This document shows positions 39,446-49,952 of a DNA stretch of 64,000 nt, piece by piece. Below the pieces are notes generated by a model. The model saw only the letters and a list, made by a program, of their open reading frames with translations. It did no database searches and was not told where the DNA came from. A program made the translations under genes and the position numbers. The DNA is from Promethearchaeota archaeon (lineage in GTDB: Archaea > Asgardarchaeota > Lokiarchaeia > Sigyniarchaeales > SOKP01). The stretch covers positions 22,132-86,131 of the forward strand of contig JAEOTR010000084.1 of NCBI GenBank assembly GCA_016839705.1, given 5' to 3'. Within the stretch, counting starts at the first letter, position 1. Each line of letters begins with the position of its first letter.

Positions 39446-40766
39446 AACTTCTAAAGTATCAGAAGTTCAAAGAGAATTTTTTAGAGAACCAAATTTGGGA
39501 TTGCTATATTTAGCCGCAATATTAGATTTTAACAATATTTCTGTTGATATCTTAGATCTAGAGCAGTATTTAGATTTTACAGATTTAGAAATAAAAGATA
39601 TCATTAAGGAGAAGTCAAAAAATTACTCTATTTTTGGAATTACATCATTGACAAACACATTCCATCTAGCTCTTGATATCGCACGAATTATTAAAGGACA
39701 AAACAGGAACAGTTTCATTATGTTAGGTGGTCCACATGTCACATTTATGTATAATGAAATCTTGGAAAATGATAAAAATTCAGAAAACTTAATCGATTTC
39801 ATTTGTATTGGAGAAGCTGAAATTTCAATGCTTACATTAGTAAAAATCTTAGTCTCTCATAATCAAACCAACAAAAAATTAAACATTTATGAGGATAGAT
39901 TAAAAAAGATTAAGGGACTAGCTTTCTATGATTCAAAAGGGAAGCTCAATGTGAATTTAGGGACCAATGAAATCGATCTAGAAAATTTACCCTTACCTGC
40001 TCGTTATAAATTATCTCAAGATTATTATTATTACACTATCGCTAACGTAATAGTTAATAGAGGATGCCCTAATCAATGCTCATTTTGTTCAAGACAAAAA
40101 TTATTCAAAAAAACAAAAATCAGAAGTATTTCATCAATATTATCAGAGATAAGAGCAATTCAAGCCTTGCAAACGTACAAATACATAAACTTTTACGATA
40201 ATATCAACATTAATAGTGCCTTCCTTAGAGAATTTTGCAACATGTTCATTGAAAATAAGATCGATATTCCTTGGGGTTGTGAAATTCGTGTGGATACCAT
40301 AACTTTTGAAGAAGCTCGCTTGTTAAAATCGGCTGGTTGTATGCTTATAGCGACGGGTATAGAATCTGCTAGTATTGATGTACTCAATAAAAACTTTAAA
40401 TTCCAGGAACCAGAAAAAGTAAAAAAAGGAATAGAAAATTTAAAAAAAAACAAGATTCCAATCCAAGCATATTTTGTGTTAGGATTACCAGGCGAGACTG
40501 AAAAAACCTTTCAAAAAACGATTAATTATATTAAAAATTTACCTTTAGATGAAAATGATAAATTGAATTACTTCGTAGCAACGCCCTATCCTGGATCTCG
40601 ATTATGGGATGAAAAAAATCAATTTAATATAAATATTATAGAAACCAATTTTGCTAATTACGATTGCGAACATTTGATTTTTGAAACAACAGAATTAAAC
40701 CAAAGCAAGTTAGAAAATCTCTACCATACCGCAAAGGAAATAGAAAATCAATTTAATAGAAAATAG
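39423..40766 (+). CDS. Cobalamin-binding radical SAM protein
   Basis: ILLINP, LGLLYLAA, GGPHVT, RGCPNQCSFC; start set at MILLINP. Confidence 0.92.
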   Translation: MILLINPKTSKVSEVQREFFREPNLGLLYLAAILDFNNISVDILDLEQYLDFTDLEIKDIIKEKSKNYSIFGITSLTNTFHLALDIARIIKGQNRNSFIMLGGPHVTFMYNEILENDKNSENLIDFICIGEAEISMLTLVKILVSHNQTNKKLNIYEDRLKKIKGLAFYDSKGKLNVNLGTNEIDLENLPLPARYKLSQDYYYYTIANVIVNRGCPNQCSFCSRQKLFKKTKIRSISSILSEIRAIQALQTYKYINFYDNININSAFLREFCNMFIENKIDIPWGCEIRVDTITFEEARLLKSAGCMLIATGIESASIDVLNKNFKFQEPEKVKKGIENLKKNKIPIQAYFVLGLPGETEKTFQKTINYIKNLPLDENDKLNYFVATPYPGSRLWDEKNQFNINIIETNFANYDCEHLIFETTELNQSKLENLYHTAKEIENQFNRK

Positions 40767-40825
40767 AAATTTCTAAAAATAAAAACAAGAGGTGCATTGA
40801 GGTTCCTAGTGAGTTTACTAAAAAT

Positions 40826-41128
40826 GTGATCAATATTATTCAAAAAATCCCAAAAGGAAAAGTTCTAACCTATGGTTTTATAGCTAGATTAGCAGGAAAT
40901 CCAAGAGCTGCGCGGCAAGTTTCATGGATTTTACACTCGTCTAGCAAGAAATATCACTTACCCTGGCACCGTGTTATAAGCTCAAATGGGTCATTATCAA
41001 TGAAATCAATTGAAGATAGACAATATCACAAAAAACTTCTGGAATTAGAAGATATCACGTTTTTAGATAATTTTAAAATAAATCTAGAGAAATATCTTTG
41101 GAAACCCAAGATGGGTGAATTGGTTTAA
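40826..41128 (+). CDS. Alkyltransferase-like (ATL/YbaZ) DNA-damage-binding protein
   Basis: IPKGKVLTYG, AARQV, PWHRV (Trp in place of the MGMT catalytic Cys); start may lie about 8 codons upstream. Confidence 0.88.
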   Translation: MINIIQKIPKGKVLTYGFIARLAGNPRAARQVSWILHSSSKKYHLPWHRVISSNGSLSMKSIEDRQYHKKLLELEDITFLDNFKINLEKYLWKPKMGELV

Positions 41129-41158
41129 GTAATTTAACCTAATAAGGTTCCGGGTTTT

Positions 41159-41515
41159 TTAACGATTTGATCTATGTGGAAGACAAGTTGGATATGTCTG
41201 AAAAAATAATGAAAACGCCATATCTTCTTTACCCACTTTAATCAGTTTCCTAATACCTTCTAAACTTTGTTTTTGGGCAAAATGTATTTTACGGTCATTA
41301 ATTACTTGAGTAGGTAGCACAAATTGCTCATTTAAGAACTCATTTATCTTACTTTCTTCAATATCTTTAAATTTCCTGAAATCCTTTCTACAAATCTCTA
41401 AGTAATTACCATATTCAGGTTTTTTAGGGAACTTCCCCTCAGCAATCGTATAAGCCATTTGTTTTTCACTCTTTCTATCTTTAAATTTTATTTGATTCTT
41501 TGATATTAATGTCAA
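41159..41515 (-). CDS. Hypothetical protein
   Basis: 118-aa ORF, TTG start; no motif recognised. Confidence 0.5.
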   Translation of the reverse strand: MTLISKNQIKFKDRKSEKQMAYTIAEGKFPKKPEYGNYLEICRKDFRKFKDIEESKINEFLNEQFVLPTQVINDRKIHFAQKQSLEGIRKLIKVGKEDMAFSLFFQTYPTCLPHRSNR

Positions 41516-41666
41516 TTTTAGTATATATAATTTTTTAATTTAGATTTAAAACGGCTTTATGATTGATTTCACCTTTAATTATAAAACTAAAAAAAAAGTT
41601 TATGTTAAGAATGAACAATTTAAAACATATTTCATATATTAGTTCAAAATTAAAAATATTGAAAAA

Positions 41667-42794
41667 ATGCCAAAATTTCAACCCTTTCTTATGGAACGTT
41701 GGATGTCTAAATATGAGCAAGATGTTGAATTCAACCTATCAGAAAGCGGTGTTCACCCAATCTTACTCAAAGAGTTGTTATCTGATGATTCTAATTATAT
41801 TGACCAATTACTTGCGACGGATCTAAATTACCCCCATGTTAATGGCATCCCAAGTTTAAGAAAAAATATAGCTTCGTTATATGAGGGTGCTAAAATGGAT
41901 AATGTTCTTGTCACCAGTGGAGCTGTTGAAGCCAATTACAATGCAACCCTTTCCCTTCTTAACAAAGGAGAAGAAGTTGTCATTATGTTGCCAAACTATA
42001 TGCAAATTTGGGGTATTGCTAAAAACCATAATATTAAATTTAAGACCTTCCATCTGCGTGAAGAAAAGAATTGGGCACCAGATTTAGATGAGTTAAATAA
42101 TGTTGTGTCTAAAAAAACAAAACTTATTGCAGTTTGCAATCCAAATAATCCAACGGGATATATTCTGACTAAAAATGAAATGGATTCGATCATTAGTATC
42201 GCAGACAGCGTTGGGGCTTGGATATTAGCTGATGAAGTATATTGTGGTGCTGAACGTTTAACTGATAAGCAAACACCTTCGTTCTTTGGGCGTTATGAAA
42301 AAATAATCGCTATAGGTAGCATGAGCAAAGCATATGGATTACCAGGACTCCGAATTGGCTGGGCTGTAGCTCCTATCGATATTATAGAGGAAATTTGGGC
42401 GCGACATGAATACACAACCATAAGTGCTACCATGCTTTCTAATAAACTTGCAGTAATTGCCCTCTCCCCGGAAGTAAGGCCTCGCATTATTCAACGGACT
42501 CGTGAGTTCATAAGAAATGGATATCCAATTTTACAAAAATGGATGGATAGTCACGAAAAAACATTTAATGTTGTACCACCTCAAGCTGCTGCAATAGCTT
42601 TTGTTCGATATCATTTAAATATAAATTCTACTGAATTTGCAGAATGTTTGCGAAAGGAAAAAAGTGTATTTATTGTACCAGGTGACCATTTTGGAATGGA
42701 TAAGTTTTTTCGGATAAGCTTTGGATTACCCCAAGATTACCTTACATCAGCACTTAATCGAATACACGATTTAATTCTGAATATCAAAAAATAA
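41667..42794 (+). CDS. PLP-dependent aminotransferase class I/II
   Basis: NPNNPTG, ADEVY, SMSKAYGLPGLRIGW. Confidence 0.93.
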   Translation: MPKFQPFLMERWMSKYEQDVEFNLSESGVHPILLKELLSDDSNYIDQLLATDLNYPHVNGIPSLRKNIASLYEGAKMDNVLVTSGAVEANYNATLSLLNKGEEVVIMLPNYMQIWGIAKNHNIKFKTFHLREEKNWAPDLDELNNVVSKKTKLIAVCNPNNPTGYILTKNEMDSIISIADSVGAWILADEVYCGAERLTDKQTPSFFGRYEKIIAIGSMSKAYGLPGLRIGWAVAPIDIIEEIWARHEYTTISATMLSNKLAVIALSPEVRPRIIQRTREFIRNGYPILQKWMDSHEKTFNVVPPQAAAIAFVRYHLNINSTEFAECLRKEKSVFIVPGDHFGMDKFFRISFGLPQDYLTSALNRIHDLILNIKK

Positions 42795-43040
42795 TGAGGA
42801 TATCTCTCAATTAATAAAATAAGAAATTGAACTTAGAAAATTAAGGAATTTTGACATTTTTAGAAGATATTTTGGTAATAATCTTTTTTAATAGTTGAGA
42901 GATAATTCAAGCAATAATTTTATTAATAGAAGATTAACTCTAGATTATTGTAGTGATATCTCAAAAATACACTATTATAAATAGTTAATTTCTACAAAAT
43001 TATAAAAAGAATAATTTTAAAATCTAAAAAGGAAATTTGT

Positions 43041-44336
43041 ATGGCTAAAAATGAATTTTTTATCGGAGAAGCACTGATCGGGGAGGGTGAAAACCTAGCT
43101 CATATTGATTTAATAATTGGTTCAAAAGATGGACCTGTTGGAATTTCATTTGCTAATGCGCTTAGCACTCCTTCAAAGGGTCATGGAGCATTGCTTGCAG
43201 CAATACGACCTAATCTATTGTCTAAACCAGTTAGTTTAATCGTACCTAAAGTCACAGTATCTGATATGGAAGATGCTAATAAAATTTTTGGACCCGCACA
43301 AGCAGCAGTAGCGAAAGGAATCGCAGATGCCGTCGAAGAAGGCTTAATTCCTTTAAATAAGTTAGATGAATGGGTATTAATCGTAAGTGTATTTATTCAT
43401 CCTGCTGCCAAAGATTATCGAAAGATCTATCAATTTAATTATGGAGCTACAAAATTAGCAATCCAGAGAGCTTTAAAATCATATCCTCCAATTGAGAAGA
43501 TCTTTTATGATAAAGATAGAGCAAAGCATCCAGTTGCGGGAATAAGGGTTCCAAGACTCTGGAGGCCGCCTTACATCCAGGTAGCCTTAGACCATCCAGC
43601 TTTGGAAAAACAAGTAAAAGTTGTAAAGCAATTACCAAAGAGTGATCGAATAATCTTAGAAATCGGAACACCTTTTCTTAAGAAATATGGAATGGAATCG
43701 CTTAAACAAATTCGGGAAGTCGCTAAAGAGAAATTCATCGTCGCAGATTTGAAAACATTGGATGTTGGCAAGCTGGAAGTGGATTTTGCCTTCGATGCAA
43801 CTGCTGACGCGGTAGTAGCAAGTGGTTTAGCAGCGTCTGCCTCACTTGATAAATTTATCCTTGAAGCACAGCGAATGGGTATTCATGCCTTTGTTGATAC
43901 AATGGAAGTAGAAAATCCTATCGAAAAGTTAAAATCCCTAAAACAAACCCCTGATGTCGTGATATTACACAGAGCAATAGATGTTGAACAATCTGCAGCA
44001 GGAGAGATATCGCATGACGCAGCTCAAAAAGCACGTTGGGGACTAGTTCCGAAGATTAAAGAACTATATAAAGGCCAAAAGAAAGCCTCGGGAAAAGATA
44101 GAGTACTAGTTGCTGTAGCTGGGGGTATCGAGCCAAAAACTGCAACGTATGCTTTAGAACAAGGAGCAGATATTTTGATTGTAGGACGCTTTATTGCATC
44201 TGCAAAAGATGTTGAATTTGCCATGAGAAGAATGCTTGGTGTGCTCCCGGGTTATCAAGATATAGATTTGAAGCGTATCCATTCAGAAGACGATGATAGT
44301 TCTGTAGAAAACGGAGGAGGTCCTAAATGGGACTAA
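43041..44336 (+). CDS. fae-hps: Bifunctional formaldehyde-activating enzyme / 3-hexulose-6-phosphate synthase
   Basis: GEALIGEG...AHIDL...GPAQAAVA (Fae); QVALD, EIGTP, ADLKTLD, LHRAID, VAGGI (Hps). Confidence 0.94.
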   Translation: MAKNEFFIGEALIGEGENLAHIDLIIGSKDGPVGISFANALSTPSKGHGALLAAIRPNLLSKPVSLIVPKVTVSDMEDANKIFGPAQAAVAKGIADAVEEGLIPLNKLDEWVLIVSVFIHPAAKDYRKIYQFNYGATKLAIQRALKSYPPIEKIFYDKDRAKHPVAGIRVPRLWRPPYIQVALDHPALEKQVKVVKQLPKSDRIILEIGTPFLKKYGMESLKQIREVAKEKFIVADLKTLDVGKLEVDFAFDATADAVVASGLAASASLDKFILEAQRMGIHAFVDTMEVENPIEKLKSLKQTPDVVILHRAIDVEQSAAGEISHDAAQKARWGLVPKIKELYKGQKKASGKDRVLVAVAGGIEPKTATYALEQGADILIVGRFIASAKDVEFAMRRMLGVLPGYQDIDLKRIHSEDDDSSVENGGGPKWD

Positions 44337-44409
44337 CTTAATTTTTTTTAAACCTCGTTTTTGTCAAAATTCTATTATTTTGTTAAGTGAACATTAACCC
44401 AGTTAAATA

Positions 44410-45660
44410 TTAAACCTGTTCTAATTTGAAAATTTTATCATTTTTTTTAACGGGTTTATCTACAGTGATTCCAACTGTGAGTCGTTCTTTATGGAAATTT
44501 ACTAAAGGAGTTTCTGTTAAATTTTTTTTCTGTTTAATTTGTATTGATTTGATTTCTTGTTTTAAATATGTATAAGTGTGAGTTCCTATAATAAAGATTT
44601 CATCTTTTAACTTTAGTTTACCAGACGTTAAAAGGATTTTTGCTGCTTTTTTATCCGGGAAGTAGCTTAAAACCTTCCCTATCTCAATTTTTCTATAATT
44701 AGAGATATTTCCATCAAAATCTCTCTGAATTTCACTACCTCTGGGTAATCCAAAATAAAAACCAGTAGAGAATCCTCGATTATAAACCTTGTTTAAGCGA
44801 CTAATCCATCCTTTAACCTTTTCTTTAGAAAAGCTGTTCTCATAGTATGCATCAATAGCTTCTTTATAGCATGACGTCGTTTCTTCTATATAAATTGGAT
44901 CTCTCATTCGACCTTCAATTTTAAAAGCATCTATTTTTGCTTCAATTAATTCAGGAATATGTTCAATCATACATAGATCTTTAGCGTTTATGAAGAAAAC
45001 TCCATCATATAAAAACTCATTATTCTGATCATCATAGACTCGCCATTTCCTTCTACATGGTTGGATGCATTTTCCTCTATTCGCTGAATAATCTTGAGAT
45101 TGGCAAACCTCAGCAGAGAAATAACATCGACCCGAGATTGAAGTACATTGAGCCCCATGAATAAAGGTTTCAACTTCAGCATTATTTAATTTACTTTTAA
45201 TTTCTTTAATTTGTTCCAGTGATAATTCACGAGCAAGAATTAACCTTTGAGCCCCTATGGATTCATAAAATGTTGCTGTTCGAGAATTAGAAATATTAGC
45301 TTGGGTAGAAATATGGAAATTTAATCCTTTTTCCTTAGCTAAATTAATTGCTCCAATATCATGAATGATCACTGCATCAATTTCAGCCTCCACGGCTTTA
45401 TCTAATACGTGGTCCAATAGAAGGAGTTCATTTTCATAGATTACAATATTTGTTGTAAGATAAGTTTGAATATTATTACTATGACAAATTTTCACAATGC
45501 GGTTTAACTCTTCTAATTTAAAATTATCACTATACATCCTCATGTTGAAAGATTCAACACCAAAATACACAGCATCTGCTATTCCCAATACGGCATTCAA
45601 AGATTTAAAATTCTTTAAAGGAGTCATTAATTCGACCCCATTCCGAGCGATTTTATTCAT
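44410..45660 (-). CDS. U32 peptidase-family protein (TrhP-like RNA hydroxylase)
   Basis: ADAVYFG, HISTQAN, HGAQC..SGRC, C.QPCR, KIEGR. Confidence 0.9.
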   Translation of the reverse strand: MNKIARNGVELMTPLKNFKSLNAVLGIADAVYFGVESFNMRMYSDNFKLEELNRIVKICHSNNIQTYLTTNIVIYENELLLLDHVLDKAVEAEIDAVIIHDIGAINLAKEKGLNFHISTQANISNSRTATFYESIGAQRLILARELSLEQIKEIKSKLNNAEVETFIHGAQCTSISGRCYFSAEVCQSQDYSANRGKCIQPCRRKWRVYDDQNNEFLYDGVFFINAKDLCMIEHIPELIEAKIDAFKIEGRMRDPIYIEETTSCYKEAIDAYYENSFSKEKVKGWISRLNKVYNRGFSTGFYFGLPRGSEIQRDFDGNISNYRKIEIGKVLSYFPDKKAAKILLTSGKLKLKDEIFIIGTHTYTYLKQEIKSIQIKQKKNLTETPLVNFHKERLTVGITVDKPVKKNDKIFKLEQV

Positions 45661-45870
45661 TTTTTTTCAATACAAATTGTTTAAATAAGATCCTATTAAA
45701 TAAAAATAGTTTTACATTGTCTAAATATTTATTATCAAATCAAAAATGCAATATTTAGAACACATCCAATCTTTATCTTTGAATAATAATTTCCATCTCA
45801 AATGTTAGAATATTTTCAATAAAGGATCTATAAAAAAGGTTTTTATCTTGTAACGAATTAAAAACTACCA

Positions 45871-45887
45871 TCAAAGTTTCACTTTGA
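45871..45887. promoter_or_regulatory. 7-3-7 inverted repeat (candidate operator or hairpin)
   Basis: TCAAAGT-TTC-ACTTTGA, about 30 nt upstream of ATG 45919. Confidence 0.4.
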
Positions 45888-45918
45888 AATTATTGAATAA
45901 AAAAGAGTTAAAAAAAAA

Positions 45919-46152
45919 ATGCCAGATAAATATTCTGTCGAAATGACCTTAGGGGATCTATTAGCAGATCCTGTGTCTGAAAAATTCCTAAAAAGCCTTC
46001 CAGGGATGGCAGCAATGATTGATAGTCCTCAAGCTCAAATGGCTATGGGCTTTTCATTGCGCCAAATTCAAGAATATGCTGAATCAATGAATCCTGGTCA
46101 ATTTACTAAGGAACAGCTTGAGGAAATGGATAAAGGCTTAAAAGCATTATAG
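45919..46152 (+). CDS. Small helical hypothetical protein
   Basis: TLGDLLADP...AMGFSLRQI; followed by a T-rich tract. Confidence 0.75.
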   Translation: MPDKYSVEMTLGDLLADPVSEKFLKSLPGMAAMIDSPQAQMAMGFSLRQIQEYAESMNPGQFTKEQLEEMDKGLKAL

Positions 46153-46198
46153 ACTTTTTTAATTTTAAATTCATTCTTTTTTTTTCTTTTATTGTCTT

Positions 46199-47230
46199 TT
46201 ATTTCAAGAAATCGTCAATAATTGCCCTCCCTACGAACTTACCTTCTTTTAATTCTTCAAAAACTTGATTTAACTCTGAAAGATTTGCCACTCTCCCTAT
46301 GTGAGTTTTTACTTTTTTATCTGCCGCTAATTGGACTAATTCTCTCATTTCTTCTACATTACCTACCAGAGAACTAACAATCTGTAAACCCTTTATTATT
46401 AAAGCATGTAAACTTACCGGCATTTGTCCTTCGTTAAAAGAAGGTAACCCTACAGGGATTAGCACCCCGCCCATCTTAAGTAATTTAAAGCCCAGTTCAA
46501 AACCAGCCATTTTTGATGAAAATACCAAACTTGCATAAACACCCCTAAACTCCGTTTTAACAAACTTCAAAGCTTCGCTAGCATCGACAGCATAATCGGC
46601 TCCTAATTGTTTAACGAATTCTAGTTTTTTGGGTCCTATATCTATACCGATGACTTTATATCCGAATAATTTGGCAATCTGCACTGCATAATGTCCAAGA
46701 CCACCCGCAGCACCGATAACAGCTACAGGTTTTCCTGGGGAAATCCCCAACTGAAAAAGTTTTTTAACTGCGCTATATGCTGTTAAACCAGCACACGCTA
46801 ACGGGGCTTCCTTATCATCTATTTCATCTGGTATTTTTACTAAAGCTTTTGCCCACACAGAAATGTACTCACCAAATATTCCGAACAGGTACTGTTGTTT
46901 TGGACAAAGCATAGGTTTTCCAGCAAGACAATATTCACAAGATCCACACCAGTATGCTCCAGCAGTCCCTCCAAGACCGAATATAACTCTATCTCCTTTT
47001 TGGATGAAACCTTCAGCTCCAGGTCCCAATTCCTCGACTATTCCTATGCCTTCATGTCCCAGAGGAAAAGGTGTTGGTGCTTTCTGCCAATCCCCCAAAG
47101 CCATATGTAGATCAGAGTGACAAATTCCTGCGGTAGAAATTTTTACTAAAGCTTCTTCGTATCCTGGAGATGGTTTAGGGATATCTTTTACACTTACTTT
47201 ACCAATTTCTTCAACTATAGCTGCACGCAT
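46199..47230 (-). CDS. Zn-dependent alcohol dehydrogenase (AdhP-like)
   Basis: GICHSD, GHEG, CGSCEYC...C, GAAGGLGH. Confidence 0.94.
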   Translation of the reverse strand: MRAAIVEEIGKVSVKDIPKPSPGYEEALVKISTAGICHSDLHMALGDWQKAPTPFPLGHEGIGIVEELGPGAEGFIQKGDRVIFGLGGTAGAYWCGSCEYCLAGKPMLCPKQQYLFGIFGEYISVWAKALVKIPDEIDDKEAPLACAGLTAYSAVKKLFQLGISPGKPVAVIGAAGGLGHYAVQIAKLFGYKVIGIDIGPKKLEFVKQLGADYAVDASEALKFVKTEFRGVYASLVFSSKMAGFELGFKLLKMGGVLIPVGLPSFNEGQMPVSLHALIIKGLQIVSSLVGNVEEMRELVQLAADKKVKTHIGRVANLSELNQVFEELKEGKFVGRAIIDDFLK

Positions 47231-47524
47231 TTTGACTTATCCTTATTTATATATTTTACATTTACAAATTAAAAATCACTTATATTTTTATTTCTAAAAA
47301 TCAAAAGAAAGAGAAATAAGACTTTAAATTCTCAAATATTTGATTAAAAAAATTGTAACAGTATTTTTCAAGATATTCTAAATTCTTGATAATACATATT
47401 TTAAAATGAATAATCACAGAGAAAAAATAAGGATAAAAAAATAGAAAATTGGTTAAAAAAGGATTGCATTTCCTTCGTACTCTTGTTGGAAGTCTTCTGA
47501 TTTCTGGTTTCCGTTAACCTCTGC

Positions 47525-49780
47525 TTATTGAATCGGCCTACTTTGAGCTTGAAAAATCGGACCTATAAACTGACTATATAGTTTTGCATACCCTTCTTGA
47601 TTGGAAACAACTGCAATCATATCTACCTCCTTTTCTGTAGCAGGGGCAAGAATTACCTCCTCAGCATCTCTTGTTACAGCATAAAATTCACCAGCAGTTT
47701 GTAGTTGTCGGAATTGCACATTACCCAATTGTTTCATCTTGGTTATAATTCCAGAATATTGATCCAATGGGAAGTGGCTAGTTAACATAAATCTCACTGC
47801 TTTTTTCTGAAATGCAAATTCTGATACTACTTGGAGTATTTCTGGGACCACTACGGGGGTAACGATTATAATTGAAGATTTAACCCGATATATTGCGTCT
47901 TTAATAACAGAGATCATTGCCTCTCTTCCAACTACCTGCCAAGTTGTGACTTTTGAAATTTCTGCAATTGAACTCGACGCATTATGTATATCGTTTAATT
48001 TATCTTCATTGGTTTCTGCAAGCTCGGTTGCATCATCAATGGAATTCATGAATTGTAGGGTAAAATCCGCAATTGCATCTTTAAGATTCTGTGTAGTATC
48101 TCTAGTAGTATTTGATAGGCTATTTTGAAGGGTTTTAGCATTTTGTTCATATTTAGCTTTATGATCAGCAAGCATCTCTGATAAACTGTTATTCATATCC
48201 TTAGCTTCAGCATCCCATAGTTGAATTTCACTATTAATTTTATCTGATGTGTCCTGCTTTGCTCCGGAGAATTGAGTGTCAACTTCTCTAGTCCAGCTTT
48301 CATTAATTCTCTTAATTTCAGAATCGAAATTAGTATAATGCCCAAGGCTATGATCTTTATGAGTGTTAATTGCTCCCTCATACTGCCTATGATGTTGCTT
48401 TAGTGTATTTTCTAGTGAATCTTTTAACTTAATATTAGTGTCTGAACAATCTTTTACTCCATTCTGTAATGTAGAGTCAACCTCACCTGCCATATCTGTT
48501 GCTAAAGTTTCTAATTGAGCATCAATAGTTTCTTGGGCTTTATAATCAAGATCACTAGTTACTGAACCCAAACCTTCATTTTCATTTCCCATTATTTCTG
48601 TAACATCCGCTTTAATACTCTCTGTTGTTCCTTTTGTATTATCGATATAATTATCGCAAGTACTAGAAAAATCTTCCTTCATTGGCTTAGTGTATGTTAA
48701 AATATTTTGAATGGTAGTCTCATGTCGAGCTTTATATTTTTTCTTTTTACCTAACCATAGAAATCCTTTCTTGGCCATATCTTCAGAAAAATCAGTGAAC
48801 CTGTTTGCATGTTCAAGTAAATTATCAATTAAAGTTAGAGTCATACTTTTAAAATCATTAGTTTGATTGTTTAAAGTTCTGTGTCTTTCATCAACTGTAG
48901 CTTTTAGGTTAGTTTGAAGCGTATCTGTCGTATTTTTGATATGATTAGTATGTTCTTTCAGTAAACTTGAAATCTTTTCTTTTAAATCAGCGATAACCTT
49001 ATCCATTCGTTCAAGATATTTTTCTAATATTTGCTCTATTCTTGGTTTCAGTTGATTATAAATGGTTTTATGTCTCTCAACATGTTCATCTAATTCCATC
49101 TTTAATTCTTTATCTAGGTTTTCCACTCGAGTTGAAAAATCGCTTAATAGCTCTGCAATCAGATTTATTAAATTGTCTTTTGTACTATTTATTTCAGCTT
49201 CATATTTATTTACATGTGAAGTAGAAGTATTATTTAAATCAGAATTTAAAGAATCTACAATAGAGTGAATGCTACTCTCTAGCGTCTTAGTTGTTTCAGT
49301 AAATCGAAGTGTTGCTTTATCGATTTTGTTTTTCTTAATTGAATTTTTGGAATCTGAATCTTCAAAAAAAGATGTAATTTGAGAATCTACTGCGTTTTCT
49401 ACTTCAGAAACACTTTTATTCTGAATATTTTCGAGTTTCTCGAAGCGGTTTGCTTGATCGGCTAATATTGTATCCTTTATTTTCGCTATTTCATTTCTAA
49501 GAGTTTCGGATTCATTAGTAAATAATTCAAAAAATGGCTCTAAAGGTATGTATCTTGCAACAATCCCCTCAATTTTTTTTAGAAATCCCTTCTCTACCAA
49601 CCATTCAGTAATTTCTTCGACAGTTTGATATTGTAAACTTTCATCTTTCTCTCCAAGTGTCATAAAAACTTCTGAAATTGTAGCACGTGGAACTCTTAAA
49701 TAAGTTAAATAGATATTGATATGTTCTTCGGTAAAACCGTATCGTGTAAATACTTCTTTAGTGAATTCTTTTAATGACAT
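47525..49780 (-). CDS. TrmB-family wHTH protein with very long helical insert and C-terminal TrmB/PLD-like domain
   Basis: N: YGFTEEHINIYLTYL..PRATISEV...LVEKGF...RYIPLEP; C: TWQVVGREAM...SSIIIVTP...RDAEEVILAP; helical repeat middle. Confidence 0.8.
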   Translation of the reverse strand: MSLKEFTKEVFTRYGFTEEHINIYLTYLRVPRATISEVFMTLGEKDESLQYQTVEEITEWLVEKGFLKKIEGIVARYIPLEPFFELFTNESETLRNEIAKIKDTILADQANRFEKLENIQNKSVSEVENAVDSQITSFFEDSDSKNSIKKNKIDKATLRFTETTKTLESSIHSIVDSLNSDLNNTSTSHVNKYEAEINSTKDNLINLIAELLSDFSTRVENLDKELKMELDEHVERHKTIYNQLKPRIEQILEKYLERMDKVIADLKEKISSLLKEHTNHIKNTTDTLQTNLKATVDERHRTLNNQTNDFKSMTLTLIDNLLEHANRFTDFSEDMAKKGFLWLGKKKKYKARHETTIQNILTYTKPMKEDFSSTCDNYIDNTKGTTESIKADVTEIMGNENEGLGSVTSDLDYKAQETIDAQLETLATDMAGEVDSTLQNGVKDCSDTNIKLKDSLENTLKQHHRQYEGAINTHKDHSLGHYTNFDSEIKRINESWTREVDTQFSGAKQDTSDKINSEIQLWDAEAKDMNNSLSEMLADHKAKYEQNAKTLQNSLSNTTRDTTQNLKDAIADFTLQFMNSIDDATELAETNEDKLNDIHNASSSIAEISKVTTWQVVGREAMISVIKDAIYRVKSSIIIVTPVVVPEILQVVSEFAFQKKAVRFMLTSHFPLDQYSGIITKMKQLGNVQFRQLQTAGEFYAVTRDAEEVILAPATEKEVDMIAVVSNQEGYAKLYSQFIGPIFQAQSRPIQ

Positions 49781-49952
49781 AAATTTCTCTCCATAATAGG
49801 TATAAAATTCGTCTTAAAATAATTTTAAGATGAATTCCTTATAAATATTTTAATTTGATTATGTTTAATAATATTTTCAAAATTAAAAAATAAAACTCAA
49901 ACTTTGCTAAATTTGAATTTCTCATGAACTTAAATCATTGGTACAGTTAAGC

